In this document: positions 60,145-64,000 of the stretch, in pieces
How the letters are laid out: every line of letters starts with the position of its first letter
How positions within the stretch are numbered: position 1 is the stretch's first letter
NCBI GenBank assembly: GCA_964342475.1
Contig: CAYFGE010000001.1
Coordinates: 315,113-379,112, forward strand
Direction: 5' to 3'
Origin: an uncultured Planctomycetales bacterium
Lineage (GTDB): Bacteria > Planctomycetota > UBA1135
DNA: 64,000 nt
Made by a program: the position numbers and the translations under genes
Notes under the pieces: generated by a model
The model's input: the letters and a program-made list of their open reading frames with translations, nothing else
What the model was told of the DNA's origin: nothing
Database searches by the model: none

Positions 60145-60999
60145 TCAGGGGAACTTCGGCTCGTGCGCGGCGATGCGCGCCTCCTTCTCCGTCACCTCGC
60201 GCGCCCACTGGCGCACCAGCGGGTCGACGCGCGACTTGCACAGGTACTGGAGCAGGAAACGCAGGCGGTCGGCGCGCGTCACCGTGGCGGGCGCGGAGTG
60301 GGCCATCGCGGCCAGGTCCTTGACCAGCCAGCGCCGCCGCGGCGGGAACCGCTGCTCGACGCGCTGCAGGTCGATCAGGTAGGGCCGGCCCCAGCGCTCG
60401 TCCTCGGTGACGACGAAGTGGGCCAGGTAGAGGTCGCGGTGGTAGAAGCCGCTGCTGTGCAGGCGGCGGACGAGGCCGGCCACGTCGCGCACCACGCGGT
60501 CGCGGGCCTGCGCCGCGGTGAGGCCGGGGAAGGCGCCCCAGCCGTCCGCGAGCAGGTGGTCGAGGCGGCGCCCGGGGATCTCGCGCAGGACGAGGAAGCT
60601 CTCGCAGGGGCGGCCGGGGCCGATCGGCGCATCGCCCACCGCCACCATCTCCGGGACGTCGAACCAGGCGCGCCGCAGCAGGCGCAGGTTGTCCCACTCG
60701 CGGTGGCCGGGGCTGCGGCTCGGCAGCAGCCAGCCCAGCCAGCGGTGGCGCAGGTCGGCGCGCGCGTAGGACTTCAGGTAGAGCGCGCCGGCGGGGGTCT
60801 CGATGCGGCGCGTCACCCGCGGCCCGGCCACCCGGACGACCTCGCCCCCGTCGAAGGCCACCGCGCCGGCCACCGTGTCGAGGCCGAGCTCGCGCAGCAC
60901 CTCCTGGTAGGGCTCGGCCGCCAGCACGCGCCCGTGATCCAGCTCGACGATCGGGAGCTGGCGCGGGCGGTAGCGTCGGGCGGCGCGCGGCGCGTCCAT
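60145..60999 (-). CDS. Lipopolysaccharide kinase (WaaP/RfaP/InaA family)
   Basis: An internal ATG of track ORF 60145..62502 gives 284 aa: ...LYLKSYA...REWDNLRLL...[10 protein letters not shown]...[15 protein letters not shown]...YLIDLQRV. The HRDxYxxHF motif matches WaaP from memory. Confidence 0.75.
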   Translation of the reverse strand: MDAPRAARRYRPRQLPIVELDHGRVLAAEPYQEVLRELGLDTVAGAVAFDGGEVVRVAGPRVTRRIETPAGALYLKSYARADLRHRWLGWLLPSRSPGHREWDNLRLLRRAWFDVPEMVAVGDAPIGPGRPCESFLVLREIPGRRLDHLLADGWGAFPGLTAAQARDRVVRDVAGLVRRLHSSGFYHRDLYLAHFVVTEDERWGRPYLIDLQRVEQRFPPRRRWLVKDLAAMAHSAPATVTRADRLRFLLQYLCKSRVDPLVRQWAREVTEKEARIAAHEPKFP

Positions 61000-61005
61000 G
61001 CGCTC

Positions 61006-61011
61006 ATCCTC
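61006..61011 (-). promoter_or_regulatory. -10-like box GAGGAT, 6 nt from the ATG of the LPS-kinase gene
   Basis: The plus strand reads atcctc. Spacer gcgctc, start at 60999. Confidence 0.3.
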
Positions 61012-61056
61012 GGATTCGGGCGCGGTCGAGACAACCGCCGGAGGGGGAAAATGCGC

Positions 61057-61076
61057 GGCCGGCGCGCGCGCGCCGG
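61057..61076. promoter_or_regulatory. Perfect 20-bp palindrome in the divergent LPS-kinase / gdh control region
   Basis: ggccggcgcg|cgcgccggcc is self-complementary over all 20 nt. It lies 58 nt from the kinase start and 68 nt from the gdh start. Confidence 0.3.
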
Positions 61077-61143
61077 CCCCACGCGGATAACCTTGTCCCC
61101 CCTCCGCTCCCCTCTTCCCCCTTGGAGTACCCTGGGAGTCCTC

Positions 61144-62421
61144 ATGGCGGAACCCGTCACCCACTCTCCTGCCGGGCAGGAGTCCAACCCGTTCGTCCAG
61201 ATGCAGCGGCGCTTCGACCTCGCCGCGCAGCTGCTGGGGCTCGATCCCGGGACCGCCAAGATCCTGTCCACCCCGGCCCAGGAGATCACCACCGCGGTGC
61301 CGGTCTCGATGGACGACGGCTCGCTGCGGGTGTTCACCGGCTACCGGGTCCAGCACTCGATCGCGCGCGGCCCGGCCAAGGGCGGCATCCGCTACGCGCC
61401 GGACGTCTCGCTCGACGAGGTGCGCGCGCTGGCCGCCTGGATGAGCTGGAAGTGCGCGGTGGTCGACGTCCCCTTCGGCGGCGGCAAGGGCGGCATCATC
61501 TGCGATCCGCGGCGCATGTCGCAGCGCGAGCTGGAGCGGATGACCCGCCGCTACACCTCGAACCTGCTCGACCTGATCGGTCCCGAGCGCGACGTGCCGG
61601 CGCCCGACATGAACACCAACGAGCAGGTCATGGCCTGGTTCATGGACACCTACTCCATGCACCGCCGCTCGACCCAGACGGCCATCGTGACCGGCAAGCC
61701 GATCGGCCTCGGCGGCAGCCAGGGGCGCCGCGAGGCGACCGGCCTCGGCGTGGCCTTCACCGTGCGCGAGTCGCTCAAGCACCTCGGCATGCCCGACCGC
61801 GGCTGCCGCATCGTGGTGCAGGGCTCGGGCAACGTCGGCGGCCTCGGCGCGCTGTTCCTGCACGAGATGGGCCACAAGGTGGTCGCCATCTCGGACATGT
61901 ACGGCGCGATCCACGACGAGAAGGGCCTCGACATGCCCAAGGTGCTCGACCACCTGCGCGACCACGGCCGCCTCGAGGGCTTCCCCGGCAGCACCACGAT
62001 CAGCAACGCCGAGCTGCTGGAGCTCGACTGCGAGGTGCTGGTGCCGGCGGCCACCGAGAACCAGATCACCTCGGAGAACGCCGCGCGCGTGAAGGCGAAG
62101 GTCATCGTCGAGGGCGCCAACGGTCCGACCACGGCCTCGGCCGACGAGATCCTCCAGGGCCAGGGCGTGTTCGTCGCGCCCGACATCCTGGCCAACGCCG
62201 GCGGCGTGACCGTGTCCTACTTCGAGTGGGTGCAGGACCGCATGGGCTACTTCTGGGACAAGCAGGACGTCTTCGACCGGATGGAGAACATCATGGTGAA
62301 GTCCTTCCACGACGTGGCCACCGCCGCCGAGCGCTACGGCACCAGCCCGCGCATCGGCGCCTACTGCGTCGCCATCGACCGCGTGGCCTACTGCCTGAAG
62401 ATGCGAGGGATCTATGCCTGA
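61144..62421 (+). CDS. gdh: Glutamate (Glu/Leu/Phe/Val-family) dehydrogenase, catalytically complete copy
   Basis: An internal ATG of track ORF 60163..62421 gives 425 aa with [37 protein letters not shown] and [17 protein letters not shown] lies 5 nt upstream. Confidence 0.9.
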   Translation: MAEPVTHSPAGQESNPFVQMQRRFDLAAQLLGLDPGTAKILSTPAQEITTAVPVSMDDGSLRVFTGYRVQHSIARGPAKGGIRYAPDVSLDEVRALAAWMSWKCAVVDVPFGGGKGGIICDPRRMSQRELERMTRRYTSNLLDLIGPERDVPAPDMNTNEQVMAWFMDTYSMHRRSTQTAIVTGKPIGLGGSQGRREATGLGVAFTVRESLKHLGMPDRGCRIVVQGSGNVGGLGALFLHEMGHKVVAISDMYGAIHDEKGLDMPKVLDHLRDHGRLEGFPGSTTISNAELLELDCEVLVPAATENQITSENAARVKAKVIVEGANGPTTASADEILQGQGVFVAPDILANAGGVTVSYFEWVQDRMGYFWDKQDVFDRMENIMVKSFHDVATAAERYGTSPRIGAYCVAIDRVAYCLKMRGIYA

Positions 62422-63721
62422 TCCGCGGAACACCGCCCCGCCCGAGTTCGAGGAGCAGCAGCCGCCGAGCCCCGCGCTCGACGAGGACGACCCCTTCTCC
62501 ACGATGATGGAGCGCTTCGACGAGGCCGCCGTGCTGCTCGGCCTCGCCCCGGACGCCTACATGGTCCTCCGCCGCCCCGACCGCGAGTTCAAGTTCGCGG
62601 TGCCGATCATCGACGAGCACGGCGAGATCCAGGTCCACCACGGCTTCCGCATCCGCCACAACCTGTCGCTCGGCCCCTGCCTCGGCGGCCTGCGCCTCGA
62701 CGCCCACCTCAAGCGCGAGGAGCTGCGCGCCCTGGCCGCCTGGACGACCTGGAAGTGCGCCGCGCTGAACATCCCCTTCGGCGGCGCCATGGGCGGCGTG
62801 GACTTCGACCCCCGCGGCCGCGACCCGCACGTCACCGAGGGCGTGGTGCGCCGCTACATGTCCGGCGTGCTCGACCTGGTCGGCCCGGAGCAGGACATCC
62901 TCGCCCCCGACCTGCACTGCGACGAGCAGATCATGGCCTGGTGCCTCGACACCTACTCGATGCACGCGCGCCACACCGAGAACGCCGTGGTGGTCGGCAA
63001 GCCGCTGGGCCTCGGCGGCTCGATCGGGCGCGACTACGCCGTCGGCCGCGGCGCCCGCGTGCTCATGGAGGAGTGCCTGCGCGAGCGGGGCCACGAGGGT
63101 CCGGCCGAGGTCGTGGTGCAGGGCACCGGCAACGTCGGCGGCCAGGTCCTTCGCGAGCTCGCCCGCACCGGGCACCGCGTGGTCGCCGTCGGCGACTTCC
63201 GCGGCGCCGTACGCCGCGAGGGCGGCCTCGACCTCCAGGCCCTGATGGCCTGGCGCGGCGAGCACCTCACCGTGGCCGGCTTCCCCGGCGGCGAGGCGAT
63301 CAGCCAGGAGGAGCTCCTCGCCCACCCCTGCGACGTGCTCATCCCCGCCGCGGTGTCCAAGCAGCTGACCGGCGGGAACGCCGGCGGCGTGCAGGCGCGC
63401 CTGGTGGTCGAGGTGGCCAACGGGCCGACCACGGCCAACGCCGACCGCGAGTTGGCCGAGCGCGGCGTCACCGTCGTGCCCGACCTGCTGGGCAACGCCG
63501 GCTCGGCGATCATCGCCTACTTCGAGTGGGTGCAGAACCGCATGGGCTACCGCTGGGACGAGGCCATGGTGCAGGAGCGCCTCGACCGCATGCTGCTCGA
63601 CGCCTTCCGCCGCACCCGCGAGGAGGCGCGCAAGCACGACTGCAGCCTGCGCCTCGCCGCCTGCCTGATCGGGGTCGAGCGGGTCGCCTACTACGACCGC
63701 ATCCGCGGGACCTACGCCTGA
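62414..63721 (+). CDS. Glutamate-dehydrogenase-family paralog lacking two conserved lysines (putative non-catalytic or regulatory subunit)
   Basis: 435 aa with an 8-nt overlap on the upstream gdh. The fold is colinear, but the motifs read GPCLGGLRL and [10 protein letters not shown] in place of GPAKGGIRY and [10 protein letters not shown]. The Rossmann motif VQGTGNVGG is retained. Confidence 0.8.
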   Translation: MPDPRNTAPPEFEEQQPPSPALDEDDPFSTMMERFDEAAVLLGLAPDAYMVLRRPDREFKFAVPIIDEHGEIQVHHGFRIRHNLSLGPCLGGLRLDAHLKREELRALAAWTTWKCAALNIPFGGAMGGVDFDPRGRDPHVTEGVVRRYMSGVLDLVGPEQDILAPDLHCDEQIMAWCLDTYSMHARHTENAVVVGKPLGLGGSIGRDYAVGRGARVLMEECLRERGHEGPAEVVVQGTGNVGGQVLRELARTGHRVVAVGDFRGAVRREGGLDLQALMAWRGEHLTVAGFPGGEAISQEELLAHPCDVLIPAAVSKQLTGGNAGGVQARLVVEVANGPTTANADRELAERGVTVVPDLLGNAGSAIIAYFEWVQNRMGYRWDEAMVQERLDRMLLDAFRRTREEARKHDCSLRLAACLIGVERVAYYDRIRGTYA

Positions 63722-63748
63722 GCGCCGGCGCGCCGCGCCCGGGGCGGC

Positions 63749-64000
63749 CTAGCCCGGCCCGGGCGGCTCGCCCCAGTGCAGCTTGCTGCGCAGGCGGGCG
63801 AAGAAGTTGGCGTCGGGGTCGACGACCAGGTGGAAGCGCCGCGTGCTCGGCGTGACGCGCACCACGTCGCCCGGCTGCAGCCGCGCCTCGAGGTGGCCGT
63901 CGGCGGTGAAGCCGGCCCAACCGTGCACGTTCAGCTGCGCCATGCGCTGCCCCGGCAGGACCAGCGGGCGCTGGTTCAGGGTGTGCGGGGCGATCGGCGT
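63749..64000 (-). CDS. nadK: NAD(+) kinase, C-terminal part only (N-terminus beyond the right edge)
   Basis: My minus-strand translation from nt 64000 gives TPIAPHTLNQRPLVLPGQRMAQLNVHGWAGFTADGHLEARLQPGDVVRVTPS.... The xPIxPHTLxxRPLV motif is typical of NadK/PpnK. The track lists only the part starting at the internal Met. Confidence 0.8.
   Translation of the reverse strand, partial: TPIAPHTLNQRPLVLPGQRMAQLNVHGWAGFTADGHLEARLQPGDVVRVTPSTRRFHLVVDPDANFFARLRSKLHWGEPPGPG

Overview
Very GC-rich (by eye about 70% or more, not computed), extremely gene-dense chromosomal segment from a diderm (LPS/BamA-encoding) bacterium. I cannot assign the taxon from sequence alone. I call 53 protein-coding genes (two truncated at the window edges) and one tRNA(CAU). 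I saw no rRNA, CRISPR array, transposase, integrase or phage genes. Many of the long ORFs in the six-frame track are Ala/Arg/Gly/Pro-rich shadow frames typical of high-GC DNA, and I rejected them. Left to right the window holds: a tandem SASA-type esterase, tRNA, cupin, a Cys-less TlpA-like protein, gltX, a DUF4139 protein, trmFO-pruA, a NapF-like ferredoxin, an ICMT/MddA-like membrane methyltransferase and glcDEF. Next come a 1429-aa three-module amidohydrolase and two paralogous secreted repeat proteins that flank an aminotransferase and an AlkD-like gene, followed by trmB. A Cu/Ag-type RND efflux locus follows (OMF, MFP, 1218-aa CusA-like pump), bracketed by two uncharacterised secreted Cys-motif proteins. 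A 12.4-kb co-directional housekeeping block on the minus strand runs glmU-prs-ctc-pth-rpsF-rpsR-rplI-dnaB-bamA-skp-lpxC/fabZ-lpxA-gfo. The rest is psd-CMD-MFS, a Ser/Thr kinase with an FHA-GAF-sigma54 activator, ykgJ-like, ettA, a membrane AlkP-family enzyme, an LPS-kinase/methyltransferase/HMG-CoA lyase/enoyl-CoA hydratase operon, a tandem glutamate dehydrogenase pair and a partial nadK. The best candidate for something undescribed is the metal-efflux locus (25672-33885), with its CCCE-motif leader protein and its 4x YHS/TRASH-like repeat protein. Other notable points: the second GDH copy has lost two key lysines; TAGAAT-like -10 boxes lie 6-11 nt from start codons across the window, suggesting leaderless mRNAs; five of eight convergent gene pairs share overlapping stop codons; and the two secreted paralogs look like a 7-fold repeat family.
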